Shown here piece after piece: positions 1 through 11,701 of a stretch of DNA of 64,000 bases (position 1 is its first letter; each line of letters opens with the position of its first letter). The position numbers and the translations under genes are program-made. Below the pieces are notes generated by a model. The model ran no database searches, was not told where the DNA came from, and saw only the letters and a program-made list of their open reading frames with translations. Source of the stretch: Raillietiella orientalis (Eukaryota); the NCBI GenBank assembly GCA_036172245.1, contig JAYWIR010000007.1, positions 3,782,001 through 3,846,000 of the forward strand. Direction: 5' to 3'.

Positions 1-3000
1 AGGGCTTCCACAGACCGAAGTCCTAGCACGCGCCCCCCGTTCGTTACCCCGGGAAAGGTGTGAGTCAGCTCGTCGTCAAGGAAGAAACAAGCGGACGGTC
101 CTTGATTCTCCTCCACCCCACCCCACCCCTTCCTTGATGATACGAAAGCACGAGAAAAATGAGGGAGGAGTCCTCTCACCTTTCCGAGGTGCCATCCTCT
201 GGGGGAGAGGCTCCGGGTCGGACTTGCGCCCCCCTCAGGGACGTGCCATTTTTGCCCAGGTGGTCTAGGGCAAGGCCCTTCCTTTTCGCCTTCTGGACAG
301 GGAGGAGGAGCACGGTCATCCCCATCCGGGATGACCTCCCACAAGGAGAGGGGGGACGGGGTAACTGGACCACCACGTGGCGCACCGCTGCCACGTGCGA
401 CCTCGCAGACCATCTTGTCCGAGAGCGCTTTCCGATCCCAGTAGCCCGCTCTCCGCGAAAGGGGGAGAGACGAAAGGGGTCGAATGGGCGGAAGGAAGCC
501 ACTGGTCCCCTCCTGCGCTCGCATCTTGGCCACTGTCCCTCGCATCCCCCTTCCTCACTCCCGCTGCCGGCTCACTCCCTCTTTCTCCTCGCCCTCGCCG
601 ACGTCCCCGCAGTCCCAGAGGACACCGTGTCGCAGAAGCCCCTCCTCCTTCCTGGGCCTGAAAGGAGGAAAATCGACCTCTCCCCAAGCGCTTGAAAATG
701 AGCTGCATCTTCCCGGTTGCGGTCGCAGGCGTTCGAAGACGAGAAGGTCGGCGAGAGGCGTCCTGGGGATAAGAGGGGCTCGTTTCTTGGGACACGAAAG
801 CGATCTCTGGGGGGCTCTTCGACCTCCGTCAGGCCGGCGGCGACCTCCCGATGCGATCAACCGACAGGAATGCTCCCGTCCCCATGCAGCTTGCTGACGT
901 ATCCTAAGTGGCTCCCAGTCTTCCAGATACCGAGATCCAGTTCCTCGTGAGGGATCCGCCTGAAAGCCTCCGCCCCCTCGCAAGCGGGCAGTTGGGAAAG
1001 GGAAAGGCATGCGTTGCTAAGGATTCCGCCTCTATCCGCCTAGCGCACGTCCAGACTAGGCGCTCATTGTTGGCGTTTCCGCTTAGCTTTCGACACAGTG
1101 CTGCCAGTTGGCTCTTTCTCCGAGCCATTTGGCCAGAAAATGAATTAACTGCTGCCGTGGGCTGGAGTGCTCAGCCATCCGCGGCAGGAGACGCTGCAGC
1201 CACCATTTCACCGGCGAGTAGGATGGGTTCCATTAGGCAAAGTGCACTCGTCGGAATCTCCCAAGTCCCCCCCCCCCTCCATCAGTCAGAACTCATCATC
1301 GCTCCGCTTTCCCCGTATACTGCTACTTCCTCATCTGCACCGGTAAACCCAGTTCTGGCTGCTTTTGATCCACCTGCTGCAGAAGAAAGCTCTTTGGATC
1401 TCCTACAAACCGCAAACCGACGCTCAGAAGGTCGCACACAGCGCAGTAATCGCACCCTCATGGCTCCTTGGTCTAGAAACCAATCCTTCCTCAAGTGCGG
1501 AAGCAGCCCGCGTACCCAAAATCGACCGAATCCGGAGAATCATTTTTCGTCAGCATCTAAAGTTCCACAAGGATGAACGAGTTTCCTTCCGTTCGGTGAC
1601 ATACAGTCCAGCCGAGCTTGTTCCCTCCCCCCCCCCCTCCTCCCTCTTTCCTTCAGGATTCGTATTTTCTAAACTCGGTGTCTAAAACTGAATGAATAGC
1701 ATATTTCGGCTTGACTCTTCAAGCCCAACCTCAAGACGAAATTGATATAAGGAACTGGTGAACATTCAGTCTGGTCATCAATTGCACCAAACTAATCCAG
1801 GAAATCTGCAGCGTATCACAGTGGTACATTCGATCAAGCTTCTATAAAGGAAGAGACTTCGGATACATTTTTTTTCCTTCTTTGGCTCAACCGGGGATGC
1901 AGGTGATTCGTCGCTTGCAGGCAAGTCGACTGTTGAGATCCAGTGAAGTCAGCAGTCTTTTGTAATCCAGCGATGTCCGTTCCAACGATGTGGAACAATT
2001 CGGTTTCCGAAATCGGCGGCATCTTCATCTGTCACTGATTATCCAGTTCAAATTGCCAATTATTTCTTGCTGTTCCATAGCATCTGTGATCTCCTGTAGC
2101 AGGTGTTCTGCGCCATCTTCTTTGAAAACCGATGCCTTCTAAACGTCCCGCGATACACCCAACCCATGCTGGCGAGCTCTGGGAATCTCCTGGTCTGCCT
2201 GCGATCTGTTCCGCTCTGCGCATGAGGACTTCCAGATCGTCGTAAGCCCGACGCTAACGCTGTCAGCGATGCATTTCTTACTCAATGACCGTTTTTGCTC
2301 TCGGATACTGGCGTGGACGAACGCTTCCCTTTCATCTCTTTACCCTGCAGCAGACGCACGTCATGAATAATGAGCAGTTCTGAAGAAAGCTCTTGCTCGC
2401 TCCCTGCTTCCAGCCGCTCCCGAAATCGTTTCACGTGCGGGAATGAACTTCGATCTGGCACTCAGCAGTTAGACACGCCGGACAACCTTCAACATCCTGC
2501 TCTCGTCACCTTTTCGTGTCAGTGTCCGTGAGCCTTGACCCCGTGATGCTCGCAGCTTCCGGGATCCTCAGGGTAAACCGGAGAGGGAACAGTGAGCTCT
2601 CAGGATACGGAGTATGGTCGGCGAGCTCGAATCTCGCAAGGACCTCCCTGCAAGCTCTCCTTGGTGGTTGCTTCCCGGAGCCTCTGGCTGAGATCCCCGG
2701 GCAAGCCCTCGACCGAACACGTGAGAAGGCCTGTCAGGGCCAAAGTGGCCCTGGCGAGTTCTTCCCTTCCGAGTCGCGTGCGCGTGCACCTCCTTCTCCC
2801 TCCCTCCCTCCTCCTCACGCAGGCGAATTTCGCTGCTTCTGCCGTCCCCGAGGGCCTCTCACCGGTTCATAGCGCCATCTGCTCGCCTATTCGGAGCCTT
2901 CGCTCACTGGAGCAACCCTTGCACCCCCGTCCTTCTCGTGCCGCTTTGCCAGGGTCTCACGTTCTTGTCCCTTTTTCTCGTACTCCCTCCTTCCCTCTAA

Positions 3001-3282
3001 CTGGCTCCTCCCTTCTCCAATTTCGATGAAAAAAAGAGAGAAAAAAAATCGCCTTGGAGTCGTGGCGGAAGCCTAATCGCCTCCCGATGAATCTCTTCTG
3101 CCCACGCCGCTCAAGGCTACTTGTCCAAAGGTGGACGGGAGCCTCGGTTTGACCGGGGAGCCGATGCATGGCTTTGCCGACTTCCGGCTTCCTTTCCCAC
3201 CTGGTCACGCCGAAGCATTCATCTCCTCAAGAATGAGCACGCGAAAACACTTGGGAGCTGCGTTGCCAAGGGGAGCGAACGA

Positions 3283-3312
3283 CAGCAAAGCGCCTCCGGA
3301 GGCGCTTTGCTG
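3283..3312. repeat. Perfect 30-bp palindrome with no spacer
   Basis: cagcaaagcgcctcc|ggaggcgctttgctg; the second half is the exact reverse complement of the first. Confidence 0.95.
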
Positions 3313-6300
3313 ACACGCGGGTCGGACAAGTAGAGGGGGTTGGCAACGGCAGTGAGGGGACAATAAGAAAAAAAAATGAGGAAGGAGGGAGAGGGCAGGG
3401 GCCTTTGGCAGAAGCCTCTCTTCAGGCCTCCTGGAGGAGGCGCCAGCCCCCTGGCGACCTGCTGGAGCAAGCGGGCCCCCGCGGGAAAGTTCGCCCAACC
3501 AAGTGGTCCCCTCGGACCTTCCCTTAACAGTGGTGTGAGGCTTCCATCCGTTCTCCCGTTCTCCAGCCGTCTCGGAGTTTTGAGACCCCTTCGATGGTGC
3601 CGGGGGGGTGGCGGCTCTCCCGGCTTCCTCTCAAGTGCCTCTGCCAGAGGGGAGTCGCGGCCTCGGGGGAGAGCAGGAAGACCGTCGCAGAGGAACGCAT
3701 GTGCCATTGTTTCACCTCCTCGCCCCGTCCTCCTCTCTCGCCAGCCGTGCGGCAAACGGGAGGGGACGGACAGGGGAACGAACGACAGGAGGGAAGGAGC
3801 GACTCGCGCCGCCACGGTGTGGCCGGCCGTTGGAAACCCTCGACCTCGTTTCCTAGCAGCCAGGACGAGAGGTCCTAGCAGAATGTCCACCTTGCGTCGG
3901 GTGGACCTCGCAAGAGAAGCTGCAGGGGAATGTCGTTGGTAGGGACGCGCACACCTTCGAAAGGGCGTCGTTTCCGGTTTTTCGGAGACAGGGAGCACCA
4001 CCGGCAGTTCGCTCGCTCGACGCATGAGCGCGCGCGCACGGGTACTCTTGGGTTCCGTCCCGCTGACAGAGAAAAGGGGGGGGTAGGCTGTCGATCTGTC
4101 TCCTTCTCAGGTACCGGCCTCTTCTTGGACTCCTACGGGTTCCACCGGGAGATTCCTGATCCTGATTCACGAAGGGGAAACGTGTCGCGGGCGAGGCATC
4201 CCACAAGGGAAGGTCCCCTGGGTCCTGCTCCCAAGTCTGGGAAGGAGGGATGAGGATAGGGTCCGGAGGAGGAAGCAAAATCCGACCAGCATCGCTCAGA
4301 CGCTTCGACTTTCGTGTGAGCGGCGACGGTGTGGCTGGAAACTGCCACTCTTAGTCCAGTCCAGAGGGAGCAGAATGGCTGGAGGAGGGAGAGATGAAAA
4401 GGAATTGGGGAGTCGCCGCATGATACCGTGGGAGCTGGAGACAGGCAAGCACGACTGATCTCTCTTTTGTTTACACGTGGACTTGGATGGGATTCTCCCC
4501 ATTCCCCCCTCCCCCCCAGCTGGCTAGTCTGGGTCCGTCCGGAGCCATGATGACAGATCCCTCCTTCCTCTGGAGATATCGCCGCTTCCTTTTCAAGGCA
4601 CTACCCGAGGTTTGCGGGAAATCCTTTTCCTCGACCGCGCAACCCGGCGCTGCAGGATAGGCACTGTGGCCACCGCCATCGTGGGGACGTCTTCCGAAAG
4701 TGCGCGCGCTAGGAAACAGGAGAGGCGGAGGAGAAGGCAGCAAGAGAGTGGAAGGACGGGAATCTTTAAGAGCTCCAGAGGACGAGGGGGGAGAAGCTTT
4801 CGTCAGCAGCCTGCTCGGTGCGACACGCGTTCGCTCTTTCTCTCCTCTCCCGTCCGCCGCCAGGGAACGCAGTAGCAGAGCGGCGGCTCGTTCCGCAACG
4901 AGTTGAGCAAGATCTCCCGGGCGACCGGAACAGCCACTTCCTGATCCCCAGTTCCGAGTCCTTGGGCGTCTCGCTACTGCATCCTTGAGACGCTTGCGCT
5001 GAGGCTGGAAGGAGGCGGAAGAGGAAGAGGAGGAAAGGGGAGGGCAATTCGTCCCTGGGGACGTTGCCACGTGAGGGACTGGCGAGTGCTCGCTCACGAA
5101 CAGGAACTCTGGCACCCCTTCCCATCCACACCTTGGACTTGCCCAGAAGCTTCCTTCTGACGCCGGCCGGCGGAGCTGCTGCTTCCGAGCAAGCTGTTCC
5201 CGAAGTGAGAAGCCACGGAGGCGGGGACGGGCTTGCTTCCACCTACGAAATCCTACCTCTTCTTCCAGGGATGTTCGAAACTCCGCCAATCACGGACCAC
5301 CTGCTCCTCTCGCATTCCCGTTCTCGCCGGCACCAGAAACAGGAGTGAGAAAATTCATGTGCCTCCCTCACAGCAAATACGATCTCCTTTGCAAAACTCT
5401 GACATCCCCAGGGCTTCCTCATCCCCCACCCTTCCTCCGGTTCCCCCTTCCACATCGACGAGAGGAACCAGGAAGAGCACCCTGAACCGGGAGGCGCAGC
5501 TGCGATCACCGGGATGGACTGAAGGCTGGAACCGGAGCAAAGGAACGTGGAGAAGATGAAAGGATCACGGGAGTGGTGGCTTCTCCATCCAGAAAAGGGC
5601 GCACTCAAGCAGTGGGTGAAATCACATCAGGGACACCCACAGAAACGGGAATGTCTCTCGTCCTCAAGGGTAGGAATTCACGAAGGGCTCTGCATCGGCG
5701 GCAGCCTCTGCTCCTAAGCGAAGGAGAGCGCGAGATGAATCTCTTTTCCTTTCTCTGGAGCCCGGCATCAGAGCGCAGGCTCCTGGGAGAGGGAGAGACG
5801 CGACACCCTCTTCGCACAGCGGGGAAACGAGCGGCCCACATTCCTAGGCAAGTTTCCTGGAAAGTTCTCCTACGCCCACTGCAGCACCCTTGAACCGGCC
5901 CTTTTCATCGCCTCGGCTTTCTGGGAGAAAAGAGGCATCCGTCTTCTCTTGCGCGCGTTTCTTTCGAAGAGTCTGCAAGCTCCTCGTCTCCTGCCAGTTG
6001 AACTGACCTTCCTTTTCAGCTCCGCGGACGAGAAGAGCATTGACTTTGGCTTACGCGTGGATCTCGTTGCGTCTCACCGGAGGTGTTGATCCTCTTACAC
6101 CTCACCCCCCGAAAGACCCTGTCCGTTCATTTTCTTCCCCAGAAGCTCGGCTCTTTTGCGCCTCCTCTTCGCTTCTCGGCCTTTTGGCTAAGATCAAAGA
6201 TCTACTTACTTCCAGACCCTGTAGGCAAGTGAAATCGTGCGGACGAGCGGGTGCTCTAAAGGGTTTTCCTATGGAACCACGCAGCTGCCGAGAGAGCCTT

Positions 6301-7093
6301 TGTCCTGCTTTCCTTTCCTCGCAACGCGGGCTGCCTTGCGATTTTTCAGCACCGCATCAGCTGCTCTCTTGATGATCTTTTCGTCAGTCTCGGAGAACCT
6401 GTCGTGTAGCTATTGCAGGTCATCCCTTTCTACGCAGCCTACACGCTCGATGCGTGTCGACGCGCCAACAAAAGAGGACACTCCGAGATGAAAGCTTTCT
6501 GTGATCGGAAAGCCAAACATGTTTTTAAATCCCACCTAAACATGTTTTTTTTTTTTTTTTTTTTTTCTGCGCAAGGACCCCACTTTGATGGGTCCCGGCA
6601 ACTCGCGATCCCCGCAAGTTCTTACTGCCCGCGAGGACGAACCCAATACAATGCACCGATCTCTCTTGACTCTTTGAGCGCGTTTGGTACTTCACTTCGT
6701 CTTATTTGAGAATTTTGCTTGAGGTCACCTCTTTTATTCACTAACGCGTTGCTGCACGTCTGCTGCCTACAAGAGTGCCTAATAGGGAATCCATTCGTCC
6801 ATGTCTTTCAATGGCTTCGATACAGGGATTTCCTACCAGCACCTACACAGTACTGTGGACGAAGGTGAGCAAGTCTGAATTCTTAAATGAGCTTCTTTGT
6901 GAAATTTCGCCATTTGTGTGCACGAGCGAGGAAGTGCACGTGCTCACCCGTACACTAAACGACTTTAACCTTCTTCGTTAAGGTCCCTCGGTAAATAGAG
7001 CGTGGACAGTTTGTTTTGAAAGTATTTCACGGTTCCCCATCTAGCAGCATTTCATCATCAGGGAAAAAATGTTTCCTGACGTCACCATCTCGG

Positions 7094-7126
7094 TATAAAT
7101 GGTAAATGTTGAGGAGCTCGACCAGT
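7094..7126 (+). promoter_or_regulatory. TATA box and Inr-like element of the cuticle protein gene
   Basis: TATAAAT at 7094-7100, CCAGT about 30 nt downstream (resembles arthropod TCAGT initiator), ATG at 7178. Confidence 0.6.
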
Positions 7127-7177
7127 AGGTATCACTCAACTCTTCCTCAAAGTTGTTCCGAGAAACCGGCAGCGAAC

Positions 7178-7608
7178 ATGATGCATTTTCTAGTAAGCAC
7201 ACTAATGAGTTTGGATTGATGGCTGTGACTTTCATCACTCTCTAGATTTTCATCGTTCTTCCCGCTCTCTGCTTGTCTTTCCCTGATGGACATGGAAATC
7301 GTCAGATATACCGCCATCAAGACTACAACAACTACCGGTTTGGTTACAACATCCATTCGCCTTACACCTGTGAGTAGACAGTGAATGCAACTCCGTCACC
7401 TGCTATTCGATCAGATGACAAACATGGTCAAGACGAAGTGGGACATGGATACGATCACAAACAGGGAAATTACTGGCTCCAAGATCCTAATGGATATGTC
7501 AGAAGCGTAGACTACGTATCCGATCCCCACGGAACCCGGCAACACGTCCACGGCTCAGAAAATGGATTGTATGTCGTTAGTGACTTTTACTCCATCAGCC
7601 CCCACTAA
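7178..7608 (+). CDS. Secreted cuticle protein with Rebers-Riddiford (Chitin_bind_4)-type motif, 110 aa, 3 exons
   Basis: Exons 7178-7192, 7246-7369, 7415-7608 with GT-AG introns of 53 and 45 nt, in phase. Protein MMHFLIFIVLPALCLS (signal peptide) ...YRFGYNI...KQGNYWLQDPNGYVRSVDYVSDPHG... matches the R&R pattern GxYxxxDxxGxxRxVxYxxD. AATAAA at 7630-7635. Confidence 0.85.
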
Positions 7609-10600
7609 TAATACAGACATGAGAAGTGAAATAAAATAGTAACGCTTACGTTATTTTCGGTAAGGTGGTGGTGGATCGATTCCCAAGTCTTTTGACAGTC
7701 AATCTTTCGAAAACGTGGGAGATACGCTCGTTTTTACTTTGAAAATGCGGATGCATTTGAAAAATGGTATAAAAATCAACGGAACAGTAAAACACGTACA
7801 CACAACTAAATTGTAACTAAAAGTGTTTCTCTAGTACAATAAAGGCAAAATATTTGAAAGAGGAAACTGGCTGACGGCAAAAAAAAAAATATGAAAGCAG
7901 CGTGTGAAGCACGAGGTTCATCCACGGCCAAGGTCGCCTGGTGGTGTCTTTTCTTTCTTTTCCGTTTCTCTTTCTCGGTTCGCTTCTCCTTTTCGTTTCT
8001 CAATCTTCCTCAGGACTGCTCTGGAAACTTGGGAACAAACGCATCGAGCGGGGTGCTGCATCCTCTCATGTATAATACTTTTCGTCTGCAGTCTTCGATT
8101 TCCCTGACCCACAGTAGGCTGGATTTCACCCCAGTCTACCACCAGAACAAGTACCGAGCACCACAGCTACGAGATGAGTTTCAAAGCTGCACCGACTCCC
8201 ATGTACGTTGGATGACAGAGATCAAGAACGACCGCGACATGAAACACCCCAAAAATTCCAAACCGGAAAAAGGAATTCGAACCTCTGGGAAGACCCTGCC
8301 CGGAAGCTGCTGTTGCGTGCATATGAAGAAATGGAGATCCTACTTTTTCACGATCATCGAACACGGACGGAACTGTGTGTTCAGAAATCAATGCATATAG
8401 CATTGCATTTTCACTCAGAAGCATTTGGAAAAAGTCTATGGTTGAGCGTCGGTCTCGGATGCTTTTCCAGAAAAGGGTGCGCACATGGAAACGCTCTGCC
8501 AAGTGCAATGAGTGGCAAGCAAACAGCAAAGCAGCATGGAGCATGGAGGAGTCATTTGCTATGCTCTGTCAGCAAGTAACTTGAAGTTTAATTCTGCTGT
8601 AATTTCGATGGAGGTTCTTTTCAGTCGATACATAGCAAACTTAGTTTGTGGATCGATTACTCATTGTGACGATTTGCTGTTGTTCCAAGCAACGGAAGCT
8701 TCGAATCAGGGAGTTCCTCAGTCGGGAAGTTCGAAAGATGGGAGGGTTCAGCATGTAGCCCACGATCACACCGAGTTTCAAACATGTAAGTATCTCTTCC
8801 GGAAACCCCCGTGTGCTCATGTGATTGGTTCCTCGTCAAAGACTACGCGTTGCTCTCGCAAAATTCCCCTTGGGGCGCAAACTGTACACAGTTCCAGTTG
8901 ATCTTCTGCGAGTCACCTGAGGGAAAGTTTCCAACGAAAGGCACTTGAAGGATGGCAGTGGATCATGGAATGAGACTAGGACAACTTGAAATCACAAACT
9001 CCACACAATTTCAGAAGAGTACGGAAGTGCAGTGCTTCACTTGTTTATGACGGTTTTCTTTCAATAGTTCCTTTCTTATAGAGCTCCCGGAACAAGCAGA
9101 CCCTTCAGTTGTGCCTCTCCTGGACTCCCAACGTTCTCTGGCGTAAACCGAGTATAGCCGGGTAGCAGACAGATACTACGAAAACATTTAGCTTTCGTCT
9201 TTTGCGAACCACGGTCAGGATGTGTACTTCCACACGAATACTGTGCTCTTTCATTTTTCCACGTACTCCTTTCGTGACGAAGAAAAGCTGAAACCGAAAC
9301 TTCCCGGAGGAGGATCGACGCTAAGGAAGAACGAACGAGGCTTCGCTGTCACAACACAAAGTAGAAGAGAAAAGGGCCAACGCAGCTGAGAAGTCATTTG
9401 CAGACCAGCATGAAGCCGAAACGAAATGAGAAGCCGATTCGTGTGGCACGAAGCAGGCCGTGGGAACCCTGAGGAACTCGACGCGAAGCCGACGTGCCAA
9501 GGTAGGCTCGGAAGGAAGGTTGCAGCAAACGTCCTCCGCGTCTGCACCATCCTTTCAGAAAAGCTTCGCCTTACGACAAATAAAAAACGAGTTGTATAAG
9601 TGACGTTGTAATTTCATTGTGATAATACTAATGGGGGGAGGGGGGGGGGGAAGGAAGCAAACAGGAAAAGGGCAGTTGCACCACTGGCAGCGGCATGTTA
9701 CAAAACCTTAATTCTTTATGATCCTTGAACATGAAGGATGCTCCATGTTTGCTTACCGGTTGATGTACCACGGTGTACCACAGACCAAGCCAACTCCCCC
9801 TCGAATACACTTTACGCTGACCATTCATTGTTTTTTCGGTGGGTTGCCCCTAGAGAAATCAGCTTCCATTCAGAAGTGCCTTTGTTTGTACACTGATGCC
9901 ACTCTTATAGATTTAGCCTCACATCCCGAGAAACATTTGAATACAAGAAGCACTGAGAATGCTCTCGACATAATGGTGTCCGATTTTGCTGGGGCATCGT
10001 TTCAAAAGATGCGGGTCTTGCAATTTTTAAATCCAGCAGCTTTCATTTGGGGGATGAGCCTTATAAAAACAACTGGCTACCTCAAACGAATAAATAATGA
10101 GCATTACATATATACTCGAGCACAGGCAACGTTTGAAACACCATTTAATTTTCGACATACACAATAGTGATGACCGAGATGTACAAAAGTGTAACCTGGT
10201 GGAATACGCGAAAAAAGGCCCACCTGGAATCGGGATCTGAAGGCAGTCGAAACTATGAATAATTTGTCATTTATGTGCCTTCGAAAGTTCCTAAAACAAA
10301 CACTGCTGTAACCGTACTAATAGTACCAACGCAACACATCAGTTATCTGCAATACGTAGGAAGCATTCTGAAACTGCTCGCAATTATTGTATAACTGATA
10401 TATTTAGAAACTTCATCAGAAAAAGAAATGAATTCATTGTGTGAACAAATTCAAAATACAAGAAAAACATCCATAGCTGGAGAGTATTTATCCTTTAAAT
10501 ATGTACAGAGAAAAGAAACAAGTTACAAAAACGCATGTACGATTATCCTTGTAACGCACTTACAAGAAAGCCGAACTCTGCTATGATTAACAAAAGAAAA

Positions 10601-11114
10601 ATCTCAAATCATGCACTGCACATATGATGGTCCTATGTTCATCAGCACCCGGATAAACAAAAAAGGATAATTCTGCATTACATCTATATGAAATATAAAC
10701 TGGTGAGCGATTGGTTTGAAAAACTGATCATACTATTCCGGAAGCTTCGAATGTTTCACTTAGATCATCGAAGAACAGGAATTTTTCAAGTAACTTCTTT
10801 TTCTGCAATAACCAGAATTAATATCGATTCCACTGAAAAGGAAATAGTTAACTGGCTGCCTTGAGAGTTACATGACATAATGAACCAAACCACATTTGCA
10901 TTTCTTTGCCAATAGCTTCAAAATAAAGCAATTCTTGACATATATGTTCTTTTGTATCTACTCAAAACTGAAGAGAACAACCCATATTGTTAATCTACTC
11001 TCATGTGAAGTCCACAGGTCACTTAATCATTGATAGTTTTAAAATTTTATCCATTCCAAATATCAATGTAAAAAGGGTCTTAAACTCCTTAGACATCAGA
11101 ATTATAAATGGAGA

Positions 11115-11701
11115 CTATCTCTCATTGTGTACAAGATGAGATATGTACGAATCAAAACAAAGGGAGATCAAGTTGTCATACATAACCCGATAGCATGTAG
11201 GTAGAAAATAAAAACTGATACACTGTGCTGGTGGCCACACTATGCACTCCCATGAATACAGTTTCCATGCTTTGGTTGCAAGCTGATCAGGAAGAGCAGC
11301 TATAGAATGATGTTTTAGAATCTCCAAGGTACCAAAAAACACCACAATAAGCATGGGAGATAGTAAACATTGATCTAATAACAGTTTTTTGCTTATTGAC
11401 TTCCAAGAACAGCCTTTGAATCGAGCATCTAACCACAAATACCAATAATGGCAAAGAAATCCACAAATAGCTCCACATGCAGCCATTTCAGTGGTACGTT
11501 TAGTTTCCCAAAGTTTTGTATTGGAGCCTGCTAAATGTCTGTACTGTTCAATTATATCACCAAAAGCACTTAAACTCATTGACATACCTAAAAACACACG
11601 ACAGTATAAAATGTGCTTTTAATCAATAACTACTTACCAACATTTGTACCCAAAAGATATTCTCCAAATAGTTTTTTATACAGAATCCTAAATGAATTCA
11701 T
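11115..11701 (-). CDS. MPV17L2: Mpv17/PMP22 family membrane protein (Mpv17-like 2 type), 2 exons
   Basis: Exons 11701-11638 and 11587-11115, 50-nt GT-AG intron. Motifs LLGTNVGMSMSLSAFGDIIEQ, HYWYLWLD, KKLLLDQ, WPPAQCISFYFLP..YRVMYDN are characteristic of the family; subfamily assignment is less certain. Confidence 0.88.

Noticed and set aside
9718..10167. 149-aa plus-strand ORF in AT-rich DNA
   Set aside because: No recognisable motif or gene context; cannot be supported as coding.
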